Source: Naegleria gruberi (lineage: Eukaryota). From it: 64,000 nucleotides of DNA. This document shows, one piece after another, positions 32,417-43,566 of this stretch. The stretch lies in NCBI GenBank assembly GCA_000004985.1, contig GG738859.1; one strand, written 5' to 3'. Position 1 is the first letter of the stretch; each line of letters opens with the position of its first letter. The translations under genes and the position numbers were made by a program. Below the pieces are notes generated by a model. The model ran no database searches. It was not told where the DNA came from and saw only the letters and a list, made by a program, of their open reading frames with translations.

Positions 32417-34921
32417 TTAATGATGTGTTAATATTGAAATGTCAGCGAGGGGTGAAAAGTATTCAACTTGCGCCAAAAGTTTTTGCTTCATAATTGATTC
32501 TTTGATGGCATTCATCTTATTTGATTCTGAATTTTCTAGCCAGTATGGATGCTCAATAATTTGCTCAATGGTGATTCGCTCTGCAGGATTCCAGGTAAAT
32601 ATTCTTGAAATGAGATCGAGAGCCACCTCTGAGCAAGAATCCAAAGCGAAACTAAATGAATTTCTTTTAGATTGGAGTGTTCTTTCATTCATCTCGAAAA
32701 TAATTCTTTCCTTCTCCTTTTCGTTAATTCCTTCCATATTGGAAAAACTGAACAAGGGTGAATGTGGTTGTCTTGGAATGGAAATGTCTTCAATTAGTTT
32801 TCTCAACTCATCACATTTCCCTAATACCTTGAATTGATTAAGTGGTAGTAAGTGCTCACTCACTATAAGGCCGAATATAGAATTCCTCTCCTTATTTTCC
32901 TTCCTAGATAGATACATTAACTCTGTAAGTATAACTCCAATAGTCCAAATATTTTGCTTTGAAATGATAGAGCTGATATTTCTCTCTGGGACTAAAGCAT
33001 TGGTACACATCATTAACAGAATTTCAGGAGCCCAATATCTCAATGACAATCTTGGCAGCAACTCCAAGTTATTGTTATTTTCCAAATCAGTAAAATCTAC
33101 CAGAACTTCAGTGTCATGTCTTTGTTTGGAAATAAGTAAGTTAGTATCTGGGTTGAGTAAAAGATTATTTGGGAATGAATTGCTGACCTTTTTGAGGAGC
33201 TTGAGCATGAATGAATTTACATCTTCTAAAGTAAAATCTGAATGCAATAAGCTATCCAAATAGTCAGTCAGATATGCTGAGGAATTTTCAATTTCAGATG
33301 GAAGATTCATTTCCACCGAGTTAGGAGTTACTGTTGGTGACTCAAAACTTCTGTGTGCGATGAAATTCTGAATTAATTCATACATTGTCTCTAGATTATA
33401 ATATTTACACCAATCCAATACATTGAATCCCATCTTGTCTCTTTCCATTGGGTTGTATCCTAGTTTGAGTAGTTCATAAACTTGATTGTACATTTCTCGT
33501 GCAGAAAAATGATGCAATAAAGAGTGGCCGTTGTAATCTCGTTTCAGCTTGAATTCTTCAAACTTTTCAGTGGAATCCATTGGAGACATTTCAAATTGAT
33601 CAAACAAGTTCATTGAATCCATTTCATTAACCGATGATTGGTTCTCGAGTACTCCAGATGTCAACTCGTCCAAATCATCTAAAAAGTTATCTTCATCTCT
33701 GACTTCTTGTAGTGATGCATTTTGCCCCAAACCAATAGAGTTTTCCTCTCCAAAGAATTGAAAATCCAATCCACCATTATCGCAAGTCAAAATCTCATGG
33801 TGGCCATACATTAGTTTTACAATGCATTCTAAATTATTTTCCTTAATTATTGGAGTGTAGCTAAATATTTCCAAATCGTGTCTTAAACCTTCCTGAAGTG
33901 GTGTTAATATATGTTTTCTTGTGATGTTATATACATTGGATGGATTGGCCTTTTCAATAAAGCAAATTGTAGTTGGAAGAGAAAATGGAGAAAATAAATG
34001 AGTAATAAGGGACGACTTCATCAGTAAATCATTCTCATTGAGTGAGACATAAATTACAAAGTGGGTAGATATTTTGCTGTGAGCCCTCGAAGGTGACATG
34101 CTCAAGAGTTGCAATTTCAATTCAGGTTGGGGAAGATGTGCTTTTGGTTGAGTAAGACCAAAAGGTGGGAAATTTGGGAATGGTTGTAAAAAGCTCATGT
34201 CCATCTTTGGAACCATTGAAGAGAGAGGTTGAGTGAACAAATCTCTCTTTCTTTTCTTAGCCATTGGATCATTTGCATCATCAGATGAGTTATTATCATT
34301 TACAAGGAGTGGAGGAAAAGATGAATTTGATGAGCTATCTGAGCTTCCAATAAATGATGAAGGTGTGGTGGTAATATCCATGGATGATGTAGCTGCCACT
34401 GGATTCTTTTCTCTATTGCATTCAAACTCATCAATTACTGTTTCAGTAACCCAGGCATATTTGTTCGTCCCAATTTCAACTCCATATGTATTAAGCCTGT
34501 CTTGACCAACTCTCCTACTCGATCTCTCATTAACAATCATGACACCAATACTTCCTAATACTTTGATAGGTCTATTCGAATAGATGGTTGGATGTCCATT
34601 CACATTCGATTTTTGAAAACTAATCACCTTGCCAATTTCATATTTGTGCCCATTAAATCCTCCAATAATTGTCCTATTCTTACTACATTGACCCTCTGAA
34701 TCAATAACAACTGGTTGATTCTTATACATTTGTTCTTCCGAGGATGTTGAACATGATGAAGACTTTTTCTTCTTTTTCTTCTTTACCTTCTCGTCCTTCA
34801 TTGGTTTCATATCCAAATCATCTTCCTTTTTAATATTCAATGTTGAATCAATCATGGTTGCTAGTGATGCTAGACTTTCATCCGATGATTTGTTGTTGAT
34901 CAATTGTTGTTGTGATTCCAT
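32417..34921 (-). CDS. Kinase-like (probable pseudokinase) protein with an ankyrin repeat and a long N-terminal region
   Basis: 834-aa ORF. The C-terminal half has kinase subdomains VII-XI (LVDFTDLE, RYWAPE, NIWTIGVIL, ERITIEQIIEHPYW). The catalytic loop reads LLLNPDTNLLI with no HRD Asp. An ankyrin-like segment reads NGHSLLHHFSAREMYNQVYELLKLG. Confidence 0.5.
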   Translation of the reverse strand: MESQQQLINNKSSDESLASLATMIDSTLNIKKEDDLDMKPMKDEKVKKKKKKKSSSCSTSSEEQMYKNQPVVIDSEGQCSKNRTIIGGFNGHKYEIGKVISFQKSNVNGHPTIYSNRPIKVLGSIGVMIVNERSSRRVGQDRLNTYGVEIGTNKYAWVTETVIDEFECNREKNPVAATSSMDITTTPSSFIGSSDSSSNSSFPPLLVNDNNSSDDANDPMAKKRKRDLFTQPLSSMVPKMDMSFLQPFPNFPPFGLTQPKAHLPQPELKLQLLSMSPSRAHSKISTHFVIYVSLNENDLLMKSSLITHLFSPFSLPTTICFIEKANPSNVYNITRKHILTPLQEGLRHDLEIFSYTPIIKENNLECIVKLMYGHHEILTCDNGGLDFQFFGEENSIGLGQNASLQEVRDEDNFLDDLDELTSGVLENQSSVNEMDSMNLFDQFEMSPMDSTEKFEEFKLKRDYNGHSLLHHFSAREMYNQVYELLKLGYNPMERDKMGFNVLDWCKYYNLETMYELIQNFIAHRSFESPTVTPNSVEMNLPSEIENSSAYLTDYLDSLLHSDFTLEDVNSFMLKLLKKVSNSFPNNLLLNPDTNLLISKQRHDTEVLVDFTDLENNNNLELLPRLSLRYWAPEILLMMCTNALVPERNISSIISKQNIWTIGVILTELMYLSRKENKERNSIFGLIVSEHLLPLNQFKVLGKCDELRKLIEDISIPRQPHSPLFSFSNMEGINEKEKERIIFEMNERTLQSKRNSFSFALDSCSEVALDLISRIFTWNPAERITIEQIIEHPYWLENSESNKMNAIKESIMKQKLLAQVEYFSPLADISILTHH

Positions 34922-35279
34922 TGAACAATCCGAAATGACAACTCAATTCTTTACAATTTACTAAACTATTTTGCACCGATATTATCAATTTACTATTATC
35001 ATGCACTTTTCAAACTCTAACTGAAGATCTTAAAAGTGATTTCTCTTGTTTTTTTTCTCAATGTTCTCCAATTGCAACGAATGATGGATGCAGCAGAGTT
35101 CATCATGTTCATCCATTCAATATTCCGAAACTCTAAAAATTGGAACAACAAGAACGCAATCATGATGATGATTCACAAGGAATTTGATTGAAAAGACCTA
35201 ATTGTTTTGATTTGGGAGTAATTATTATATTAACAAATCACTCTCTAATCAATTTGATATAAAAAGCAAAATCAAAAAA

Positions 35280-38200
35280 ATGATTCAATCATCAGCAAGG
35301 AATCTTTCAAAACATTTGATGAGGAGTGGAGGTGTTGCTTTTAAACGTACAACCCTCTCCGAATTGGATAAAAAAGTAATTCTGATTAGACAATTGGTGG
35401 ATAGATTTTATTATTCGCAAAATAGAGAGTTTGGTCAGGATTTGTCCCTTGTTGGATTAAAGAATCAAAAGATTAATTTATCTGCTAACATGATGACAAA
35501 TAGTAGTAGTACGAATAATAATTCACGTTCCTATTCATCTTCTACATCACCATCCGAGAAGAAAATTCTACTTGTCGATGGTACTCCACTTGTTGTGAGA
35601 GCTTACTTTGGAACACCTCCTCTGACTTCGTAAGTGATTTTATTGCTTTTCATCAAATGGTTCGAATAATATACAAATAGATCTAATGGAACTCCAACTA
35701 ATGCAATTTTAACATTTGCAAAGAGTTTAATTGCCATTCTGAAATCGGATGAATTTGATCATGTGGCTATCTTTTTCGATTCTGGAAAACCTTCAATAAG
35801 GAAATCAATTTCATCTGATTATAAGGCAAACAGAAAACCAACTGAAGATGTAAGTTATGACCTAGCTTTAGGAGATTCTTAAAATGTTTAGAATTTGAAA
35901 AAACAATTTCCAATCTGTAAATTATTAGCCGAAAAGATGGGCCTAAAAGTGATAAGCAAGGACGGATTTGAAGCAGATGATCTCATTGCTACAGTAGCCA
36001 GACAAGCAAAGGATGAAAAGTTTAATTCAATTGTTGTGGTTTCCTCTGATAAGGATCTTCACTGCCTTTCGGATACAAATTTAACTCTTCTTGACCCAAT
36101 GACAAAGAAGAAATTAACAATGGACGATATAATTGGAAAGTATGAATTGCCTCCAAAGTTGATTCCAGAGTTTTTGGCACTTGTTGGTGACACTGCAGAC
36201 AATATTAAGGGTGTTAAAGGTATTGGAAAGAAGAAGGCAGTTTCACTGTTGGAACAATATGGATCAATTTCTGAAATTTTGAATAATTTGGACGATGAAA
36301 ATATGGAAAAGAAGTCAAGAGAGGCCATCAAGAGTAATATTGATGACCTTAAATTATCCTTGAGGTTAGTTGCTTTGGACGAAGAAGTTCCTTTGGATTA
36401 TTCTTTACAAGATTTCCAAGTTGACCAATCCTCACTGGATTTTTCACAAAACGAAGAGGTATGTTTATATAATAATGTTCACCATTTACAAACAATCGTC
36501 AGCTCATTAAAATGTTAGAGGATTTGGAAATTAATTCAGTCATTAAACAATTAAAGAAGGAAACAGATAAGAAGGAAAAAACTACAAAATCCAAATCTAA
36601 AAAGAAGGAAGTTATAGAATCTGTTGTACTCAGTGAAGAAATGTCCTCTGCAGATGTAGCCTCCTTAAAATTATCCCACGTCTCGGATGACTCTAAAATT
36701 GGTAAGATTGTCAAAGCATCAGAGTACAATATTATTCTGAATGAGAAAGAGTTAGACTCTTTCATTGAACAGGTGAAGATATCAGGAGTAAGTTTGCAAC
36801 AATTTTCAACATACTGACATAATTTAGAATGTTTGTTTCTCAACGGAAATTTGTCTATTAAGCTTACATAATCCTGTAATGGCTGGTATATCATTCTGCA
36901 TTAGTCCAGGACAAGCATACTATCTTCCATTTTTCAAGGGTGGAAAGGTTGAATTTTTAGATTCTGTAAATATTCTAAAGGAAAGTCCAATACTTTCAAA
37001 GGTTAGGACAGAAATTATGGAAAATCCAAACATTCTCAAGATTGGCCACAATATCAAGTATCATATCAAAATGCTTGCAAACTATGGAGTTACAGGTAAG
37101 TTTTAAATTTATTTATTATTTACTAATATTCAATAGTGAAAAACTTTGACGATATCATGGTAATGTCTTATGTTTTAAATTGTGGTAAACATGGTCATGA
37201 AATGGATGAAATTGTAGAAAATGTCTTGTTACTCGATCCTAAGGAACATATCATTCCAGAGAAAGAAGTGCTTGGCATTGGTAAAAAGAAGGTTACCCTT
37301 ATGGAGGCAGATATTGTCAGTGTTGTTCATTTTGCATGCCAACATGCTGACTTGACTAAACAAGCATATGATGTTTTAAAGTCAGCCCTAGATAAGAGTC
37401 CTAAACTTACTCAATTTTACGAAGGTATCGAAAAACCTCTTGTTGAAACACTTGCAGGTATTGAAATGAAGGGAGTTTTTATGGATGAACCTGCCCTTGT
37501 GAAGATGGAAAACGAATATAGAGAAAAGATCAAAGCCATTGGAAATAAGATAAGAGAAGATGCAGGATATCCAACTATTGATGAAGATATTGAAATCCCT
37601 ACTTCAGAAGAGGAAATTGAAAGTATGATCATTGAAATGGATGAAATGAAACAAGAAGCTTCTGAAGAATTCAATATTAATTCAAATAGACAATTGGGAC
37701 AAGTGATATTCGAAAAATTGGGAATTGGTACAAAGTTAAGAAAAAAGACCAAAGTTGGAGATTATATTTTGAATGCTGAAGTTTTACAAAAACTTGCCGC
37801 AGAAGGACACAGCATTGCCAAGCATATTCTAGAATATAGGGCCTTAACCAAACTCTACAGTACATACATCTCTGGATTAAGACAACATATCAACCCATAC
37901 ACAAAGAGAATTCACACCACTTTCCAAAATGCCCTTACGGTTACTGGTAGATTGAGCTCAGTCATGCCAAACATTCAGAACATTCCTGTCAGAACAGCTG
38001 AAGGTAAACAAATAAGAAGATGTTTCATTTCTCCTTCTGATGATTATGTAATAATGAAGGTCGACTATTCACAGGTAGAGTTGAGAATTTTAGCCCATAT
38101 TGCCAATATTCCAGTGCTTAAGAATGCCTTTAAAGAAAATAAGGACGTTCACGCCATTACAGCCAGTCAAGTTTTCAATGTTCCACTCGATCAGGTCGAT

Positions 38201-38755
38201 AAGTCAACCAGAAATAAGGCCAAGGCCATTAACTTTGGTATTATCTATGGTATGAGTGAATTTGGTTTATCAAAGAGAATTGGAGTAGACACTCAAGCCG
38301 CCAAGTCATTTATTGAACAATACTTTAAGCAATATCCAGGTATTAAGAATTACATGACCAAGACTATTGAATTTTGTAGAAAACATGGTTATGTAAATAC
38401 TCTTTTCAACAGAAGATGTTGGATACCTGGTATTGAGGACCAAGGATTTGGAGGAAAATCATCTTTTGGTGAGAGAACAAGTATCAATACTCCAATCCAA
38501 GGTACCTCAGCTGATATCACAAAGATTGCAATGAACTCATTACACAAGGCATTCCAGGAGAAGGGATTGAGAACCAGAATGATTATTCAAGTTCATGATG
38601 AAATTGTTTTTGAAGTACCAAAGGATGAAGTGGAAACAGTCGAACCAATCATTAAGGAACTCATGGAAGGTGCAGCATTCTTTGGTGGAACAAACTTTAC
38701 GGTGCCACTAACCGTCGAAGCTACAGTTGACTCAAAATGGTTGGCAGATGAATAA
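35280..38755 (+). CDS. polA: Bacterial-type DNA polymerase I (family A) with 5'-3' exonuclease, degenerate 3'-5' exonuclease and polymerase domains; 6 exons; N-terminal presequence-like extension
   Basis: Exons 35280-35629, 35681-35849, 35892-36458, 36503-36787, 36828-37095 and 37137-38755 (introns 51, 42, 44, 40 and 41 nt, donors GTAAGT or GTATGT). It is collinear with E. coli Pol I. 5'-exo motifs: LVDGTPLVVRAYF, FEADDLIAT, SSDKDL, H3TH GIGKKKA. Exo-site remnants: FSTE where Pol I has FDTE, and KYHIKML where it has KYDRGIL. Pol motif A DYSQVELRILAH, motif B RNKAKAINFGIIYG, motif C QVHDEIVFE. Confidence 0.85.
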
Positions 38756-38788
38756 ATAATAAATAATTTATTTCCTAGTAAAACTGGT

Positions 38789-41626
38789 TTAGGTTCTTGG
38801 TTTATGACTATTATATTTTCTCTTATTTGGTAAAGATGAGAGTCCTTCATAGGCTTTCACTTTGCTTATTCTTACATTGAATCTTCTCAACATTTCATAC
38901 TCATCTTCTTCACTTTCTGACTCGCTTTCAGATTCTTCTTCACTGCTACTGCTTTCCACAACTTTTCTTGGACGACCAACTTTTCTCTTTGTTTCACTTT
39001 GTTCATCCTTTCTTGGTCGACCAACTTTTCTTTTTGGTTCCTCCTCGTCCTTCTTGGTTTCTTTTTTCACGTTTTGTTGTTCGTCCTTTCTTGGTCTACC
39101 AACTTTTCTCTTTGGTGTTTCATCTTCGCTTTCAGAAGATGATTCTTCCTTAACTTTGGTATTGTGAACGATTCGTCTTGGCTTTGAATCTGCTGATTCT
39201 GATTTCACACTTGAACTACTACTACTAGTTGGCTTGGAAGATGTTGATTCCTTCTTAGTGACTACCTCTTTTGGTTTGGTTTCAGTTTCGTCCTTTCTTG
39301 GGCGACCAACCTTTCTCTTTGGAGCCTCTGGTTCTGGTGTTGTTTTTGCAGATGATGATGATGAAGAAGTAGAAGAAGGTTTTACAGGCTTTGGTTGAGA
39401 TATAGGTGTTTTTGGTGTGGTGAGAATTGGCTTGGCTGAACTAGTTGACTTTGATTCTTTCTTAACAGTACTAGGAGCAGGAGTTGTCTTCTTTTCAACC
39501 TTTTTCTCCTCTACCTTCTTTGGTCTTCCAACCTTTCTCTTTTCTTCCTCTACCCCTTTAGGAGTTGTAATAACAGAGTCACTCTTTCTTGGTCTACCAA
39601 CTTTTCGTTTAGCATCGGATCTAGCTTCTTTGTCATAGTCTGATTCTGATTCAGATTCACTGCTACTTTCCTCAACCTTTCTCTTTTTTGTTTGTTGTGT
39701 TTTCTTGTCTGTTGATTCATCCTTCTTTGGTCTTCCAACTTTTCGTTTGGCTTCAGATTTGGTTCCTTCAGTTCTAGCTTTAGACTTTTCCTTACTATCA
39801 CTACTTGAAGATGATTCAGATTTTCTTGGCCTACCCACTTTTCTCTTTTTCTCCTCTTCATCTGTATTCTTCTTTGGTCTGCCAACCTTTCTCTTTGATT
39901 TGCTCTTTTCATCATCAGATTCCTCATCATATGAAAGTTCAGAGTCTTCATCTTCCTCACTTTCGCTTTCAGATTCACTCTCCTCCATAGCTTTCTTTGG
40001 AGGTCTACCTCTTTTCTTTTTAGTTTCTTCTTCTGGTTTTTCTGCCTTCTTTTTGGCAGTTCTTGTCACTCTAGGTTGTGTTGTCTCAGTGAGTGATGTA
40101 GATATTCCAGCATTTTTACATCTTCTGGTTTTGAATTCGGTATGTCTCATTATTTCTCCTTTTTGAGCCTGTTCATACATTTTAGTCATGAGAGCTCGTT
40201 CGTACACAGTCAGACCAAACTCATCCAATTGTGGGGCATCATCCTTCTTTTGTGTCTCTTCTAATTGTCTTTCTATTGATAAAAATTGTCTGAAACGTTT
40301 CTTTTCAGTCTTTCTAATATTACGAATTAAAAAAGTATTTCCAAATTTTGCAGAGTCAATAACTTCTTTTGGAAGCTTTGAGCTGTCTTCCAATATTTTC
40401 AGTGTGTACAAAGTTCTTTGTTTGAATTTTGATTCAAGTTTGTGAGCTCTTAATTTTTTAGCTTGTTCACTATCCATTTGTGTTGATTTTTCCTTAGCTT
40501 CTAGCAAGGACATATCTTTTGATGTAATTGTTCCTCTGCAATTTGCACTTCCACAATAACATTTTTGGAAGGAAACACCATAACATTCCATTGCATAGTC
40601 AAAAGTAACTTCTTCTCCTTTTTCAATATCTCTAAGTGCAAAAACACCTATCCTAGATTGATGGCCAACTGTCCATTTTTGCAATACAGAGTTTGGATCA
40701 CAACTGTGATTAATAAACCTAGCATTATTACCCTTTTTTGAGGCATCAATAATTTGATTGGTACCAACTGAAAGGAAATAATAGTGGCGTTCACCATCAT
40801 AAGCTTCTTGTCTTTGTTTGTAAATTTTTTCATCTAATACTTCTCCTACATATTCAATAATAAAAGTTCCTTTTGAAATTTTCTCTTTAGCAAAAACTCC
40901 AAACCCCTTTTCACCAGCTCTTTTAACTTCTATTTTTTTCCAACTCTTTTTTTGAAATCTATTATTTGTGCATTTAGATCCACAACTACAATAGCCGATT
41001 ACACACTCCATGCACAATAATCTATTCACACAAAATTCACCACAGTGATCATCACCTGAAATATCTCCCTTTTTTGAAGGACCACAAGTACACATAATAA
41101 TGTCATCATCAAATAAATTTTTCCAGGCATAAACTGTACTATCACCTAAATAAATATTTTCATCAATCTTTTTAAATTGTCTGCTGTCGTAAGCTGCTTT
41201 TTCGTCATCTTCATCTTTTTGTTGATTTAATTCAATTTTCCTCTTCTTTTTTGGTAATTTAACTGTTTCTTCCGATGTTTTGTTTTTCTCATCCTTACTT
41301 TCAAGTCTATTATTTCCAGAAATAAATAATTCTTGTAATAACATGGCATCTTAAAAAATTAAATAAATTAAAATTAATAATAAATTACCTTCCATATCGT
41401 TCTTGGTATGTGATGCAATAGATTCTTGTTGTTCAACACCAGTAGATTTTTTATCATCTTTGTTTTCCTCTCCAGTTGATGACACTACATTTGATGATAC
41501 ACTATTTGGATTGGATAATTCTGATTGTTGGGTATTATCGCTTGGTGGAAGTATCTGATGATCTTCCGTCGTCCCTTCCTTGTTGGGCGATGATGACGAG
41601 GTTTGGCCACTTTCCGTTTGGCTCAT
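38789..41626 (-). CDS. SET-domain (AWS-SET-postSET, SET2/NSD/ASH1-like) histone lysine methyltransferase with a long C-terminal AT-hook repeat region; 2 exons
   Basis: Exon 1 about 41626-41389, intron about 41388-41350 (GTAATT...AAG, 39 nt), exon 2 about 41349-38789. SET motifs GFGVFAKEKI, NHSCDPN, FDYAMECYG. PostSET CYCGSANCRG. Then at least 10 KRKVGRP(R/K)K AT-hooks lie in Ser/Glu/Lys-rich sequence. Confidence 0.75.
38940..40010 (-). repeat. Coding tandem repeat: iterated AT-hook motif (KRKVGRPRK/KKD) inside the SET gene
   Basis: The nucleotide unit cctttcttgg(t/g)c(g/t)accaactttt ctctt recurs on the plus strand. It produces spurious antisense ORFs reading GRPTFLF. Confidence 0.6.
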
Positions 41627-41974
41627 TTTTTTTAAAAATTATTTTTTAATATTTTTATTTGCAACTGATTGTAATATTAATCATTAATATTAATAATTAA
41701 TATTATTAATAGGATGATTTATTCTTTATTTAATTGAATTGAAATAGAAATTATTAGAAAATTTAATTCTCCATTATTGTCTATTTGTGATCAAAGATTG
41801 AAAGAATTATCCAATATTTCGAATTGAGCTATTGGATTATTTCAAATATCCAAGATCTTTTGGGTATGTATTTTGCCTGATGCTGTTCATTGTGCTCTTA
41901 CAGTTACATCCTTTGCATTTAGTTATGAATTGATTGAAATCTATACTTTCGACTAGTATGATAATTTGTAAAAA

Positions 41975-43315
41975 TTAATCGGTCATGTGATCACTAAAGA
42001 AATGTCTTGGAGTATCCTCAAGAACTAAATCTGTGGAAACTGTGCATGTATCTTTGAGGGTGTCATCAATAACTTGTTCCAATTCATCAGTCTTGGTCAT
42101 GGAGAGTGATTTGGTAATATTGGATGCAATCAATTTGACTGTTTCCATACTCTCTGGTGTATTCTTTACATATTGAGCTGTAATGTAGAGGAAAATGCTC
42201 ACAAAATTAAAGTAGATGGCCCAAGGGGACAGATCAGTTGTGAGAGCAAGATACAAATTGGCCACCAAACTCAATATCACTGCAATTTGTTTCTTCATAG
42301 AGTTGGTTTTCATCAACCAGTATGAACTGAGTGTTAATACTGCAGCACACAGAAATTCCTTCCAAATGAGTCCTAATATTCTCCAAATAAAATCTCCTTT
42401 TCGACCCTTTGAGGATGATCGTGATGATGCATTCCTATTACTACTATTAGTATTATTATTTGAATATCGATTGGAATAAATTTGTCTTGAATTTCTAATA
42501 TTTTGCAATAATTCTGATATTTTTCCACTTGGACTTGCAACGTTATCCAGCATGGAGGAGAGTGATCTTGTCTGACCAGTTTTAATATGTTTCAATTGAT
42601 TCAATAATATTCTACTCGTCCTATTTTTTGATGTCAATCCATACTTATTCAATGTTTCAATATTATTTAATAATTTTGATGAAGAATTTGCTGATCCAGT
42701 CAATCCACTAGGTTTGTTATTCTTGAAAATTGAAATATAAGTAAATGGATTCAAAATCGTCCCCTTATTTGAATATGCAAGTTCATAGAGTCTTCTTCCA
42801 ACAGCATATATCGAAATCAAAGTATTACTAACAATTAAAATTCTTCTAGTATATTTAATTGCATAGGAATGACTTTCATCCATCATACTTTCAACAATAA
42901 CTTTTAATTCTTCAATTTCCGATCGTAATTGTTCAATTTCAAAATCTATAAAACTCTTAGATGATGATTGTGCAAGAAGAGGAGAGGGTGAATAGGACCC
43001 GAGTGATGGTGATTGGTCCACCATAGCACCCATCGATGATGATGAACTGAAAGGAGGAATTGAGAGAGGAGTTGTAAATGGTGATGATGAATGCAAAAAA
43101 TTAGAATCCCTCGATGAAGTTCTAAAGTGTGATGATCTCTTGTTACTACTACTTGCACCATTAATACTATTACCACTACTATTACTTGCACCAACAACGG
43201 AGGAAATTAAAGAGTCAATCCCATTGCTACTAGGTGTTCTTTTTATGGTTGAAATGAATTCCTCCTCAATGCTGTCATTCTCTCTGGTTGGCAGAACAGA
43301 TCTGACTTTACGCAT
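41975..43315 (-). CDS. Hypothetical coiled-coil / transmembrane protein with a Ser/Asn-rich N-terminus
   Basis: 446-aa ORF. Low-complexity N-terminus, coiled coil IEQLRSEIEELKVIVE, two hydrophobic helices near residues 320-370. No family recognised. Confidence 0.4.
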   Translation of the reverse strand: MRKVRSVLPTRENDSIEEEFISTIKRTPSSNGIDSLISSVVGASNSSGNSINGASSSNKRSSHFRTSSRDSNFLHSSSPFTTPLSIPPFSSSSSMGAMVDQSPSLGSYSPSPLLAQSSSKSFIDFEIEQLRSEIEELKVIVESMMDESHSYAIKYTRRILIVSNTLISIYAVGRRLYELAYSNKGTILNPFTYISIFKNNKPSGLTGSANSSSKLLNNIETLNKYGLTSKNRTSRILLNQLKHIKTGQTRSLSSMLDNVASPSGKISELLQNIRNSRQIYSNRYSNNNTNSSNRNASSRSSSKGRKGDFIWRILGLIWKEFLCAAVLTLSSYWLMKTNSMKKQIAVILSLVANLYLALTTDLSPWAIYFNFVSIFLYITAQYVKNTPESMETVKLIASNITKSLSMTKTDELEQVIDDTLKDTCTVSTDLVLEDTPRHFFSDHMTD

Positions 43316-43566
43316 TTTTTTAGATTTTTATTATCTTTAATGCAAGTAAATTGATAAAGCAATACAATGGATTATTATAAAGCAAAAAGACAGTCCTATT
43401 AAAAAAGATTACCTTGTTCATATGAGCATTAGAGCAAACAATCCTTGAGTTACTGAAATTATCATTCTGAGTGGTTCGATTGAGAATTGTTTTTGGTTTG
43501 TTTGCCTTTGTATTTCACAATTTTGGCGCCACATAAAATACAACAAAACCAAACAGAAAAAAAACA

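Noticed and set aside
38862-40166. Several plus-strand ORFs (38862-39167, 38968-39153, 39417-39638, 39705-40166) with repetitive GRPTFLF peptides
   Set aside because: They are antisense reflections of the AT-hook coding repeat of the minus-strand SET gene, not genes.
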